Shown here: positions 34,198 to 44,128 of the stretch, piece after piece
Numbering within the stretch: the stretch's first letter is position 1
How the letters are laid out: each line of letters begins with the position of its first letter
DNA from: Poseidonia sp.
Lineage (GTDB): Archaea > Thermoplasmatota > Poseidoniia > Poseidoniales > Poseidoniaceae
Assembly (NCBI GenBank): GCA_965661285.1
Contig: CBFIDD010000003.1
Span: 8,215 to 72,214 of the forward strand
Direction: 5' to 3'
DNA length: 64,000 bases
The notes under the pieces: model-generated
What the model was told of the DNA's origin: nothing
What the model saw: only the letters and a program-made list of their open reading frames with translations
Database searches by the model: none
Made by a program: the position numbers and the translations under genes

Positions 34198-36852
34198 ATG
34201 GAGCGTGCAAGCATGTCCAAACGAGGAATGATGGACCAGTTCTTTGACATCAAAGAACAACATCCAGACACCGTCCTCTTCTTCCGAATGGGCGATTTCT
34301 ACGAACTCTTTCACGAAGACGCCGAAATCGCTGCTGAGGTGCTCGGTCTTTCGCTGACGTCGAGGGATAAAAACGCAGAACAGCCCATCCCCATGGCAGG
34401 CTTTCCTTGGCACGGCTTGGAAGACCATCTACGCACCATGCTTCGAGCGGGTTACAAAGTGACGGTCGCCGAGCAGGAGGAAGAATTACGACCCGGTGCG
34501 AAGTTATTGGAACGGGTCGTCACGAGGGTTTACACGCCCGGCAGCCTCTACGAAGAGGGCTTGTTGGAGGGCGACGAGCAAGCGCTCTTGGCTGCGGTCG
34601 TCATGGGCCCTCAACAACTGGGCCTGGCCGTTCTGGATGCCTCAACCGGCAAAGCATGGGCGAGTTCGCACGAGGGTGCTGACCGCTTCACTCGCCTCCA
34701 AGACGACCTTCTACGGTGGCAACCAAGCGAGCTGGTCGTTTCTCCAAAAGATGCTGAGAACGAGCACCTCGTTCACCTGTTCCCCCAACTTGACGGCACC
34801 ATGGTGAGTCAACACCAACTCAGCCAATCCAAGCGAGAGGAGCGACTTCGAACCATGCTTGACGTCGCCGACCTCGGCCACCTTGACCTTGACCACGCCC
34901 CGCTCGCCATCTCGGCAACCGGCCTCGCCGCAGATTACCTCGCAACGGTTCATCTCCGTCAAGACGTCCCTCTCCAAGACGTCGAGGTGATAGAAGAACA
35001 AGGCCACCTTCTGTTGGACCAAACCACACTGCGGAACCTGGAATTGACGTCGACGTTGGCAGGGGAGTACGACGGGAGTCTGCTTTCAACACTCAACCGT
35101 TGCCGAACGGCGATGGGCCGGCGTCTGTTGAAAACGTGGCTCCTCCAACCGCTCTCGAACATGGACGCCATTCAAACCCGCCACCAAGCCGTGGCCACCT
35201 TAACCCGCTCAGCCCGGCGCTTGGATGGGATGCGAACCTCCCTCCAGGGCATCAGAGACATGGAACGCCTCGCCACCCAACTCGCCTACCAGCGAAGCAA
35301 CGCCAGAGACCTCGTTGCCACCGCTCATGCGCTTGAGCGCATGCCCGCCATCGTTCAATGGTGCAAGGATAGCGGGGATGCGCTCCTCATGCATTTGTCC
35401 GATGGGCTTGAACAACTCAATGAGATGATGCAGACCATTCAAAACACGCTTGCTGACCACCCTCCGCTTGGACTGCGCGACGGCGGACTCCTGCGCAGTG
35501 GGGTCGACGAGGAGGTTGACCGACTCCGCGCCGTGACCTCCGAAGGGAAGGCCTGGTTCTCCAATCTTGAACAACAGCTGAGGGAATCCTTGGGCATACC
35601 ATCGCTGAAAGTCAAGAACAATCGCCAAGTTGGCTGGTACATCGAGGTCACGCAAACCCACATCGAAAAGGTTCCATCGACATGGCGAAGAAAGCAACAA
35701 CTCACCAACGGGTCCCGATACACCACCGAAGAGTTGGTTGAACGCGACGACCTCTTGCTCACCGCCGATTCCAAACTCAAAGAACTCGAGTATCGACGTT
35801 TCCTCGAATTGCGAACCTATTGTGGAACACAAGCGGCCACCCTGGCTGAAATTGCCCGTCGTGTGGCGGCCATCGATATCCTCCAGTGCTTTGCGTCGGT
35901 CAGCAGGGAGCGCCAGTGGACCAAACCCGATATCACGGACAAACATGTGATTCAACTTGAGGGGGCCCGCCACCCAGTTCTTGAGACCCAATCAGGATTC
36001 GTCCCCAACGACGTCGCCATGAATGCGAAGCGGAGTTTCCTGCTCATCACCGGCCCAAACATGGGCGGTAAATCCACCTACCTTCGGACGGTGGCGTTGG
36101 TCACGGTTTTGGCACAGGCGGGATGTTTTGTTCCCGCAAAGCAAGCCAAGATTGGGCTGGTTGACCGCATATTCACCCGCGTCGGAGCCAGCGACGACCT
36201 AAAGAGGGGCCGTTCGACGTTCATGATGGAGATGATCGAGGTTGCTCACATTCTCAAGCGAGCCAGTGAGCGGTCGCTGGTCTTGTTGGATGAAATCGGA
36301 CGAGGAACGTCAACCTTTGACGGCCTTTCCATCGCATGGTCGGTCACCGAAGACATCTGCTCCAGGATTGGCGCTCGGACCCTCTTTGCCACCCACTACC
36401 ACCAACTCATTGGATTGGAGGGCGAGGTCAACGGTCTGTGCAACGTCCACGTTCAGGTGGCTCAAGTTGATGGCAATCTCCGTTTCCTTCATTCGGTTGC
36501 CGACGGCCCGTGCGACGAATCCTACGGCGTCCAGGTGGCTGCGTTGGCAGGTCTACCAAGGAGCGTGGTGGAACGGGCGAGTGACCTTCTCGCCTTCCTC
36601 GAACAACAAGCCGGAGGCGCCAAGGCAGGCGAACACGGTGCACCGCAATCCCGTGATGCAGGCCAAGCAAGTCTCATGGGCTATTTTGCCGCCGCCGCCA
36701 TGAAGACCTCAGCACCTTCGCCACCCGCCATACCAGCACACGTGGAACGAACGATGAACCGCCTCCAAAGCACCAACGTTGACGAACTCAGCCCGCGTCA
36801 AGCCCTTGACGTCCTCTACGCGCTTCAACAAGAACTGGAGGACGGTGCATGA
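34198..36852 (+). CDS. mutS: DNA mismatch repair protein MutS (bacterial-type MutS1)
   Basis: The mismatch-binding N-terminus is FFRMGDFYELF, the Walker A is GPNMGGKSTYLR, the conserved C-terminal region is DEIGRGTSTFDG, and TLFATHYH is present. Confidence 0.9.
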   Translation: MERASMSKRGMMDQFFDIKEQHPDTVLFFRMGDFYELFHEDAEIAAEVLGLSLTSRDKNAEQPIPMAGFPWHGLEDHLRTMLRAGYKVTVAEQEEELRPGAKLLERVVTRVYTPGSLYEEGLLEGDEQALLAAVVMGPQQLGLAVLDASTGKAWASSHEGADRFTRLQDDLLRWQPSELVVSPKDAENEHLVHLFPQLDGTMVSQHQLSQSKREERLRTMLDVADLGHLDLDHAPLAISATGLAADYLATVHLRQDVPLQDVEVIEEQGHLLLDQTTLRNLELTSTLAGEYDGSLLSTLNRCRTAMGRRLLKTWLLQPLSNMDAIQTRHQAVATLTRSARRLDGMRTSLQGIRDMERLATQLAYQRSNARDLVATAHALERMPAIVQWCKDSGDALLMHLSDGLEQLNEMMQTIQNTLADHPPLGLRDGGLLRSGVDEEVDRLRAVTSEGKAWFSNLEQQLRESLGIPSLKVKNNRQVGWYIEVTQTHIEKVPSTWRRKQQLTNGSRYTTEELVERDDLLLTADSKLKELEYRRFLELRTYCGTQAATLAEIARRVAAIDILQCFASVSRERQWTKPDITDKHVIQLEGARHPVLETQSGFVPNDVAMNAKRSFLLITGPNMGGKSTYLRTVALVTVLAQAGCFVPAKQAKIGLVDRIFTRVGASDDLKRGRSTFMMEMIEVAHILKRASERSLVLLDEIGRGTSTFDGLSIAWSVTEDICSRIGARTLFATHYHQLIGLEGEVNGLCNVHVQVAQVDGNLRFLHSVADGPCDESYGVQVAALAGLPRSVVERASDLLAFLEQQAGGAKAGEHGAPQSRDAGQASLMGYFAAAAMKTSAPSPPAIPAHVERTMNRLQSTNVDELSPRQALDVLYALQQELEDGA

Positions 36853-38867
36853 AACCGAGGAAAATCAAGCAATTGGACGATGCGACCATCGGTTTCATCG
36901 CCGCAGGCGAAGTGGTTGAACGCCCGGCTCAAGTGGTCAAGGAACTGATTGAAAACAGCCTCGATGCGGGTTCAACCTCCATCTTGATCACCGTTGAGCG
37001 AGGTGGATTTGACCGCGTTGCGGTTGAAGACAACGGAAGCGGCATCGGCGAAGCGGACCTGCCCCTCGCCCTCGACCGGCACGCAACGTCAAAATTGAGC
37101 ACGAAAGACGACCTCGCTTCGATTGTATCGCTTGGGTTCCGAGGTGAAGCCCTGGCAAGTATCGGCATGGTCTCTCGTCTTCGCATCGCCAGCAGACCAA
37201 GGGGTGAACAAGGAGCCAGTATCGTCATGGAGGATGGTGTCAAATCCGCGCCCCAACCGTTCGGTATGGCAGAGGGGACCGTTATTTCTGTCGAGCACCT
37301 CTTCCAAAACACACCCGCCCGTCTCGCTTTTCAGCGCCGCCCGGAGACAGAAACGGCTCGCATTGTTGACGTCGTGGTCGACCATGCACTGGCCCATCCA
37401 TCCTGCGGCTTCCACTTGAAAACCGAACGAAGATCGCTCCTCAACGTCCCGGCCACGGAAAACATGCTCGATCGCCTTTATGACATCATGGGAGCACAAG
37501 CCACCGAACTGGTTGAACTCAAGTTGCCTCCTGAGGATGAAGATGCACCTGGAAGCGAACGCTGGAGCGGCTACATCAGCACGCCCGACATCACACGAGG
37601 AAAAGGCGATGATATTCACGTTCTCATCAACAACCGCCCGGTTGGTGCGGGCCCGTTCCTCCAAGCCATCCGTCGGGGCTACAAAACCCGGCTGATGCAG
37701 GGGCGACACCCGCTTGCGGTCGTGAACCTCCAGTGCCCGCCCGGCGAGGTTGATGTCAACGTCCACCCGACCAAACGGGAGGTGCGTTTACGGCATTCAT
37801 GGCGCGTGCTGGAACGACTGGAACGAGCCATTGCCTACACGCTGGAAGCCGTTCCGACCGAACCCGACGCCACGGGAGAGATTCCCGGTCTCCAAGGGCT
37901 CGCAGGTACGAAGCAGGCAAAGCCAGTAGAAACTTACTTCTCAGGAGACGCAGCGGAACCTCGCCCCGACACCTCCATTGCATCGGCTGCAGGGATGACA
38001 GAAACACTCGATGGAGCGCCAACGCCTGCACCCGCGGCACCACCGGCCTGGGCCGTCGCAGCGGGCCGACAGTTGAACCTCGTTGGGCAAGAAGCCGCAG
38101 AAAAAAACGAGCCGCTGAGAGAACGCCCCGTTTCAGCCTCGCCGCTTGGCCAAGGCGTTCTTCCGAACATGCCTGAAGCACCCGTCGCCGCGCCGCTGTC
38201 CTCTGCTGAGCGTGATTTGCATCGACACGCAGGAAAAGGCCTCACCTCCAGTCCAAGCGATGAAGCGCCGCTTGAGGGTGTGTTGAACGACCTTCCGCAC
38301 ATGGAACCGTTGGCCCAATTTGCTGACTCGTACATTCTGGTTCAAGCAGAAGACGAGCTTCTTCTCATCGACCAACACGCGCTTCATGAACGCGTACGAT
38401 ACGAACGATTGCGCCACAGCGGACAAGCATGGGAAGCCCAACGTCGACTTACACCTCTTCCACTTTACCTCGATCCAAGGCAGTCAGCCCTGGTCGATGC
38501 CCACCACGAACGACTGCAGGAACTTGGTTTCCATCTTTCAAGCGACCAAGGCGCTTGGTTGCTGGATGCCTCACCTCAACTCCTCGGCGGAGATGAAATC
38601 AAGCAGTTCTTGCTCGACCTGCTCCAAGACCTTGCCTTGGATGGCGGGCCGCTTGAAACCATTGAATCGAAAAAAGACCATATTGCGTTCATGAAGGCCT
38701 GTCGTGGGTCCGTCAAGGCGAACGAATCGCTTTCCCTCCCCGAAATGCGGCGATTGCTCGACGATATGCGACGCATCCAAAATCCATGGGCGTGTGTCCA
38801 CGGCCGGCCAACCTCCTTGCGCATCTCCATCGACAGCTTGGACCATCACTTTGGCCGCCACGGCTAA
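36849..38867 (+). CDS. mutL: DNA mismatch repair protein MutL
   Basis: The GHKL ATPase N-terminus is VVKELIENSLDAG and DNGSGI. The C-terminal dimerisation/endonuclease region includes QHALHERV. The start overlaps the mutS stop (ATGA). Confidence 0.9.
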   Translation: MKPRKIKQLDDATIGFIAAGEVVERPAQVVKELIENSLDAGSTSILITVERGGFDRVAVEDNGSGIGEADLPLALDRHATSKLSTKDDLASIVSLGFRGEALASIGMVSRLRIASRPRGEQGASIVMEDGVKSAPQPFGMAEGTVISVEHLFQNTPARLAFQRRPETETARIVDVVVDHALAHPSCGFHLKTERRSLLNVPATENMLDRLYDIMGAQATELVELKLPPEDEDAPGSERWSGYISTPDITRGKGDDIHVLINNRPVGAGPFLQAIRRGYKTRLMQGRHPLAVVNLQCPPGEVDVNVHPTKREVRLRHSWRVLERLERAIAYTLEAVPTEPDATGEIPGLQGLAGTKQAKPVETYFSGDAAEPRPDTSIASAAGMTETLDGAPTPAPAAPPAWAVAAGRQLNLVGQEAAEKNEPLRERPVSASPLGQGVLPNMPEAPVAAPLSSAERDLHRHAGKGLTSSPSDEAPLEGVLNDLPHMEPLAQFADSYILVQAEDELLLIDQHALHERVRYERLRHSGQAWEAQRRLTPLPLYLDPRQSALVDAHHERLQELGFHLSSDQGAWLLDASPQLLGGDEIKQFLLDLLQDLALDGGPLETIESKKDHIAFMKACRGSVKANESLSLPEMRRLLDDMRRIQNPWACVHGRPTSLRISIDSLDHHFGRHG

Positions 38868-38868
38868 C

Positions 38869-40242
38869 CTACCACGGTTGGTGCAGGATGGAATCAATGG
38901 AAACGCCGGCATCTCTCCAACGTTGAACCGCCTCAGGGTCGGCGACTTCGTGCAGATCTGCGCCTTCGATCAACACGACATCGCTGCACCCCATGGCAAG
39001 GACAAGCGCCGTCATTTGCATTCGATGGTCGCCATATGTTTGCACAATACCTTCGGGTTGGACAATGGATTGGCCACCCTCCACGGACAAGACGCCGTTT
39101 TCAAATGTGGATTGGAGGCCAAATTGAGCGAGCAAAGCTGCGGTGCCGTGCGTTCGGTCTGTTTCCTTGTAAGCTGCATGCGATGCCCCGATGATGCGGC
39201 CACCGCCTTCCAAAGCCAGCAGCGCCGCCAAGGGCGTGATGAGGTCGTTAGCATGCTGAAGATTGACCTCGATGGGCTCGCCTGAGTCACGAGTGGAAAT
39301 CGATTGCTCATCAATGGAGAGGCCAAGGGAAGGGGCGAGGGTGAGAAGCACATCGTTTCCTAGCCCATCTTCGGCGGATGGAAGGCCGTTGAGCGTGATG
39401 GGAGCACCCGTGACCTTTGCGGCCAAACTGGCGAAGGAGAGCATCGATGCATCAAGCGGTATCTCAACGCTGCTTTCAGGAACGACGGGCGTCCAGGGCT
39501 TGAGCGTGTTCGTTTCCACGCTGTGAGAAGAACCCGTCCGCCGACAGAGGGTTTTCGTCAGTTCACTGTGCCTCAAGGAGACCCCCTCACCTTGAGTGTG
39601 AAGGAGAAGCGGATGCGGCAGGGCAGGAGCGGCCAAATGCCAAGCCGTCACGGGCTGGCTTGAACTTGAGATATCGATGGTCAACCCGTCCTGTGGGACC
39701 CATGGACCCTCGACCAAGAGCGGTAGACCCTCAACACCCGTTCCAAAAGACACGCTCACGCCCAAGTCCTTCAAGGCTTGAATCATGATATCGTGATTCC
39801 TTGAACGCAGCGATGCATCCCCGTCCAACATGACCGGGACATCAAATCGGGCGCAAAGCGCCATTAAAATGCGCAAGGCCGTCCCCGAATTTCCGGCATG
39901 AAGAACACTGATCGGCGGCTTCAAGCCGTGAGCACCGACGCCGTGCACCTTCCACGCAACGCTGCCTGTTCCAGGTTGGTCGTCATCGTTGGTGGAGACC
40001 TCCAGCATGTTCCCGTCGGCGTCCAAATCCGTGATGACAACACCCATTTGGCCCAAACATCGACGCATGGAAACGATGTCCTGGCCAGCATTCACAAGCC
40101 CACGAAGTACGACTTCCCGCTCGGATTGAGCGGCAAGGGCAAGCCAACGAATGGCGTGGCTTTTCGATGGCGATAGATTCCAAGTCAACTTTTCTATAGA
40201 CGTATTTGGCGTGATTTTGAGCGCGGGAACAAGACTTCCCAT
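38869..40242 (-). CDS. aroA: 3-phosphoshikimate 1-carboxyvinyltransferase (EPSP synthase)
   Basis: Family motifs are SPSKSHAIRWLALAA (LPGSKSxxxR-like), AGNSGTALRIL and GDHRMQMTALVLAMG. Start trimmed to the ATG at 40242. Confidence 0.65.
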   Translation of the reverse strand: MGSLVPALKITPNTSIEKLTWNLSPSKSHAIRWLALAAQSEREVVLRGLVNAGQDIVSMRRCLGQMGVVITDLDADGNMLEVSTNDDDQPGTGSVAWKVHGVGAHGLKPPISVLHAGNSGTALRILMALCARFDVPVMLDGDASLRSRNHDIMIQALKDLGVSVSFGTGVEGLPLLVEGPWVPQDGLTIDISSSSQPVTAWHLAAPALPHPLLLHTQGEGVSLRHSELTKTLCRRTGSSHSVETNTLKPWTPVVPESSVEIPLDASMLSFASLAAKVTGAPITLNGLPSAEDGLGNDVLLTLAPSLGLSIDEQSISTRDSGEPIEVNLQHANDLITPLAALLALEGGGRIIGASHAAYKETDRTHGTAALLAQFGLQSTFENGVLSVEGGQSIVQPEGIVQTYGDHRMQMTALVLAMGCSDVVLIEGADLHEVADPEAVQRWRDAGVSIDSILHQPW

Positions 40243-40363
40243 ACCGTCCTTGACCTTGGGCGACCACCGCTTCACCCAAGCCTTGCCCATGGTATTGGCT
40301 GCCGCCAGCCCGTCAAGAACCCTTGCAATACAGATTCAAGAACCTTGGAGACGTGCGTGATTC

Positions 40364-41371
40364 ATGGCCCTCAAGGACGCCCTCCAACGTCCCCTCAAGG
40401 ACCTCAGGATTTCGGTCACTGACCGGTGCAATTTCCGATGCACCTACTGCATGCCTCGTGAGCACTTCGGCACGGACCACGAATTCCTTCCCCGTGAACA
40501 ACTGCTCACCTACGAAGAAATCACCTTTGTAGCCAAAGCCCTCAAGTCATGCGGACTGCAGAAGATTCGGCTCACTGGAGGTGAGCCTCTGCTGCGAAAA
40601 GACATCACTCAGCTGGTGTCCATGCTCAGAGAAGTAGGTGAGAACATCGACCTCGCGATGACCACCAATGGCGCCCTGCTTGCGAGCAACGCCAAAGGGC
40701 TTTACGAGGCCGGACTCAAGCGCATCACGGTCAGCCTTGATGCGGTGGAAACCGGGACCTTCAAAGCGATGGCGGACACGGACCGCGTTGACCCCGCTAC
40801 CATCCTCGAAGGCATTGATGAAGCCCTTCGCGTCGGCCTCAGCGTGAAGGTGAACGCCGTGGTTCGCAAAGGGGTGAATGAGGACCAAATCATTCCGTTG
40901 GCTCGCACCTGTTTTGAGCGAGACATTCCCCTTCGGTTCATCGAGTACATGGACGTGGGAAACACCAACGCGTGGCGATTGGACGAGGTTGTTACCGGTG
41001 CAGAACTCCGCCAGTTGATCGAGGCGGAATTTGGACCCCTCAAGCCCGAAGCACCCAAGGAACGAAGCGAGGTTGCACGTCGCTATCGGCTTGAATCCGG
41101 GTATGCCTTTGGCTTCATTGAATCGGTATCCAAGCCGTTTTGCGGCGACTGTTCTCGAGCACGGTTGTCCGCAAACGGTTCCCTCTACACCTGCTTGTTT
41201 TCCTCAAGCGGCCACGACCTCAAGAGCATGCTGCGTTTTGGCGCCAGTCAGGACGACCTCAGCGAGGCGATTCGGACGATTTGGGAGCGGCGCAACGACC
41301 GCTATTCCATGGACAGGAGCGAAGGGGTGCAGCGTGACAGCAAAGTTGAGATGTCCTTCATCGGAGGATGA
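40364..41371 (+). CDS. moaA: GTP 3',8-cyclase (molybdenum cofactor biosynthesis protein A), a radical SAM enzyme
   Basis: The radical SAM cluster motif is CNFRCTYC. The C-terminal second cluster is CGDCSRARLSANGSLYTC, and GGEPLLR is present. Confidence 0.85.
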   Translation: MALKDALQRPLKDLRISVTDRCNFRCTYCMPREHFGTDHEFLPREQLLTYEEITFVAKALKSCGLQKIRLTGGEPLLRKDITQLVSMLREVGENIDLAMTTNGALLASNAKGLYEAGLKRITVSLDAVETGTFKAMADTDRVDPATILEGIDEALRVGLSVKVNAVVRKGVNEDQIIPLARTCFERDIPLRFIEYMDVGNTNAWRLDEVVTGAELRQLIEAEFGPLKPEAPKERSEVARRYRLESGYAFGFIESVSKPFCGDCSRARLSANGSLYTCLFSSSGHDLKSMLRFGASQDDLSEAIRTIWERRNDRYSMDRSEGVQRDSKVEMSFIGG

Positions 41372-41374
41372 TGT

Positions 41375-41866
41375 TCACAACATGGCCGGCAGGGCGACGT
41401 CAACGATCAGCGCACTCGAGGTTTGCTCAACGAGTCGGAAACGCCAGGTTCCGTCGTCTGCACCAATGGTTTGGGAATCGATGACGAAGTAGTCGCCCTG
41501 GGTGACGGAATATCCTGCGTCGCGATCGTGGAAGGAAATGTTGGTTCCAATCACGCCGTAGACATCGGCGTCAGAGACCTGTCCCCGGATGGGAAGGGAC
41601 TCCGTGATGTTGGCGGGTAGCAAATCGAATTGAAGGCGAGCAGGGTCAATGGATTGGTCAAGGCTGGTGATTCGAACAACGTGGAACCCGTTGTCCAGCG
41701 CCCGGACGCTTACGCTTGCCTGCGGTGCTGATTTCTCAACCGTGGTCAACGCACCTTGCATCAAAACGAACACCATGCTGGAGAGCATCACGGTGATGGC
41801 GAGCAGCAGGACGGTAGCGATGACGGGGCTGACCGCTTCCTCCTCACGTCGGACTTGCCCTCGCAT
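41375..41866 (-). CDS. Archaeal type IV pilin-like protein with a class III signal peptide
   Basis: The N-terminus is ...RREEEAVSPVIATVLLLAITVMLSSMVFV, typical of archaeal pilin and archaellin signal peptides. Confidence 0.65.
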   Translation of the reverse strand: MRGQVRREEEAVSPVIATVLLLAITVMLSSMVFVLMQGALTTVEKSAPQASVSVRALDNGFHVVRITSLDQSIDPARLQFDLLPANITESLPIRGQVSDADVYGVIGTNISFHDRDAGYSVTQGDYFVIDSQTIGADDGTWRFRLVEQTSSALIVDVALPAML

Positions 41867-41938
41867 GCCATTACCACGGCGTCAAATCACTTGAACACAC
41901 CGATGAAAGGAAGACTGAGGCTGCCCGTTTTGGACGGC

Positions 41939-43084
41939 TCAAAACAACCAAAGCGGTTTCTCGCACTCCATCGCTCGTTTGATGCCCCCGATGGGGCCGA
42001 GACAGCGCAAAATCAGTTCCGTCAACACATCCCCTCGCATGAAGGCATAACCCATGTTTTTGCTTCGCAGTGAGTTCTTCAAGGCTGGACCCATCGACGC
42101 ACGGACTTTGGACTCGTAGGAGGAAAGGGCCGTGTTGTTTCTCATATGGTCTACGATGGATTCGGCAGCAAAGCACCCTGAGATGATGGCTTGACTGATC
42201 CCGCCTCCGTTGCTGGGCATGACCAGGCCCGCAGCGTCCCCGACGGCGAGCGTCGTACCATCAACCATCTGCTTGACCGGTCCACCCATGGGAATCCAGC
42301 CGCCACCAAACGACACAATCTCGAGGTTGAGGTCCGCACAAAAACGTTCCAAATGCCCCTTGAGGTCGCCCTTCAATTTGCCAGCGCGGACGCCCAAACC
42401 GACGTTAGCAAACCCCGGTCCCTTGGGGATGATCCAAGCATACCCCGAGGGCGCAACCGAGCCGAGAAAGACATCGAAGGTTTCGGGCACGTCACCTTTG
42501 ACCTGTGCGTACACGGTGGGAACTTGGTCCTCCGGGCGAAAGGCAGGGTCTTGACCGTGCTTCAATCGACCCACATGAGCTAAACTACCAGAGGCGTCGA
42601 TGAGGTAGTCACACGTAAATCGCCCCTCATTTGTAACCAACAACTCACGATTGGCCTTTCGCTGCTGCTGAATGCGCTTCAGCATCGTTGCCGTGCGCAC
42701 TTCTGCTCCCGCCCGAACCGCTTTGTCGGCGAGGTAACCGTCAAATTGGAGGCGATGTCCGGCGAACGCATCGAGTGCAAAATGAAACGATTTTCCCGAA
42801 GGGAGGAACACACGCATGTTGTCAAGCCGGTGGAGACGAAGGCGTTCTGGGAAATCGAAGTAGGTCCTCAGCCATTCGTGGTCTTCGAGGTGTTTGAAGG
42901 TGCCAATCACCTCCCCCCAATTCGGGATACATTCCCCGCACTGCGCTGGATTGCCAACGATGGACCGCCGTTCCAAAACGAGGACGTCCACGCCCTCTTC
43001 AGCGAGACGTTGAGCCGCAGCACTTCCAGCAGGACCTGCACCGATGACGATGACTTGACGGTGCTCGATATCGCTCACAGCCAT
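41939..43084 (-). CDS. Geranylgeranyl reductase family FAD-dependent oxidoreductase (digeranylgeranylglycerophospholipid reductase-like)
   Basis: The FAD-binding motif is VIVIGAGPAGSAAAQRLAEEGVDVLVLER. The archaeal GGR family motifs GECIP and FGGGWIPMGG are present. Confidence 0.8.
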   Translation of the reverse strand: MAVSDIEHRQVIVIGAGPAGSAAAQRLAEEGVDVLVLERRSIVGNPAQCGECIPNWGEVIGTFKHLEDHEWLRTYFDFPERLRLHRLDNMRVFLPSGKSFHFALDAFAGHRLQFDGYLADKAVRAGAEVRTATMLKRIQQQRKANRELLVTNEGRFTCDYLIDASGSLAHVGRLKHGQDPAFRPEDQVPTVYAQVKGDVPETFDVFLGSVAPSGYAWIIPKGPGFANVGLGVRAGKLKGDLKGHLERFCADLNLEIVSFGGGWIPMGGPVKQMVDGTTLAVGDAAGLVMPSNGGGISQAIISGCFAAESIVDHMRNNTALSSYESKVRASMGPALKNSLRSKNMGYAFMRGDVLTELILRCLGPIGGIKRAMECEKPLWLF

Positions 43085-43093
43085 GCGAACACC

Positions 43094-44077
43094 TCAAGCG
43101 TGCCGATCTTTGACGATGTTTGTGATGAGGAGCATGAGTTCCTTGGCTTCACTGTCGGGGAAGTGGTTCAATTCCGCTTGTGCCCGCTCAAGGTGTGTTT
43201 GAACGAGAATTTCAGCATACTCCATACTGTCGGAGCGGTCCAACAGCGACATCAACTCTTGGAAATGGTCATCTGAGAAATCCTCAATGATTTGTGAGAG
43301 TCGTTGCCTATGCTGACCGTGCGAAAGGGTCAGTGCATGAATGAGGGGCAGCGTCATCTTCCCTTCGTAAACATCAGCTCCTCGTGGTTTGCCCATCCGT
43401 TCATCACCTCGCAGGTCAAGGAGGTCGTCCACGAGTTGGAAAGCAATCCCGAGTTCCATTCCAAAGCGTTCGAGCGCTTGGGCTTGCTCATCGTCCAACC
43501 CTGCAACCAAACCCGCAGCATAGCACCCGGAGGCGAACGGCCCTGCCGTTTTTCCTCGAACGATGGAAAGGTAGTCCTCCGGCGAGGTGGCGAGGTTCAA
43601 AACATGGTCGAGTTGATGGAATTCGGAAACGGCAATGTCGGCACAGCATCGGGCGATGATGGAGACGATTTGAGCAGAATAGCGCCCACCAAGTGCGAAG
43701 CCGTGAACAAATAACCAGTCACCGGCAATGACGGCTTTGGCTTGACCAGCCTGCGCATGGATGGTGGGGATGCCACGTCGTTGCTTCGCATCATCGTTGA
43801 TGTCATCGTGAACGAGGGTTGCCGTGTGGATGAGTTCGAAGGCCAAGGCGAGGGGAAGAACATCTTGTTGGTCTTTGCCGCCTGCAAGTTGGTATGCCAG
43901 CAAAAACAAAATCGGGCGGAGACGTTTTCCGCCAGCATTCAAGACGCGTCCAGCCTCAAGGGCGACTTCGCCTGCACCGGCTTCAATCTCGTTTTGAATG
44001 AGGGCGTGGAGGGCGTCGTTCACCTCGTCACGCATGGATTCGAGTGCCGATTGAAGCACCTCAAGACTGCTGGCCAC
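43094..44077 (-). CDS. idsA: Polyprenyl (geranylgeranyl) diphosphate synthase
   Basis: The first Asp-rich motif is LVHDDINDD and the second is DDLLDLRGDE; GGKRLRP is also present. The start is GTG at 44077 or the ATG 42 nt downstream. Confidence 0.85.
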   Translation of the reverse strand: MASSLEVLQSALESMRDEVNDALHALIQNEIEAGAGEVALEAGRVLNAGGKRLRPILFLLAYQLAGGKDQQDVLPLALAFELIHTATLVHDDINDDAKQRRGIPTIHAQAGQAKAVIAGDWLFVHGFALGGRYSAQIVSIIARCCADIAVSEFHQLDHVLNLATSPEDYLSIVRGKTAGPFASGCYAAGLVAGLDDEQAQALERFGMELGIAFQLVDDLLDLRGDERMGKPRGADVYEGKMTLPLIHALTLSHGQHRQRLSQIIEDFSDDHFQELMSLLDRSDSMEYAEILVQTHLERAQAELNHFPDSEAKELMLLITNIVKDRHA

Positions 44078-44128
44078 GCTTACCCTACGAGGGTGGGCTT
44101 CTTAACCGGTCGTCCACGCCCATGATAT

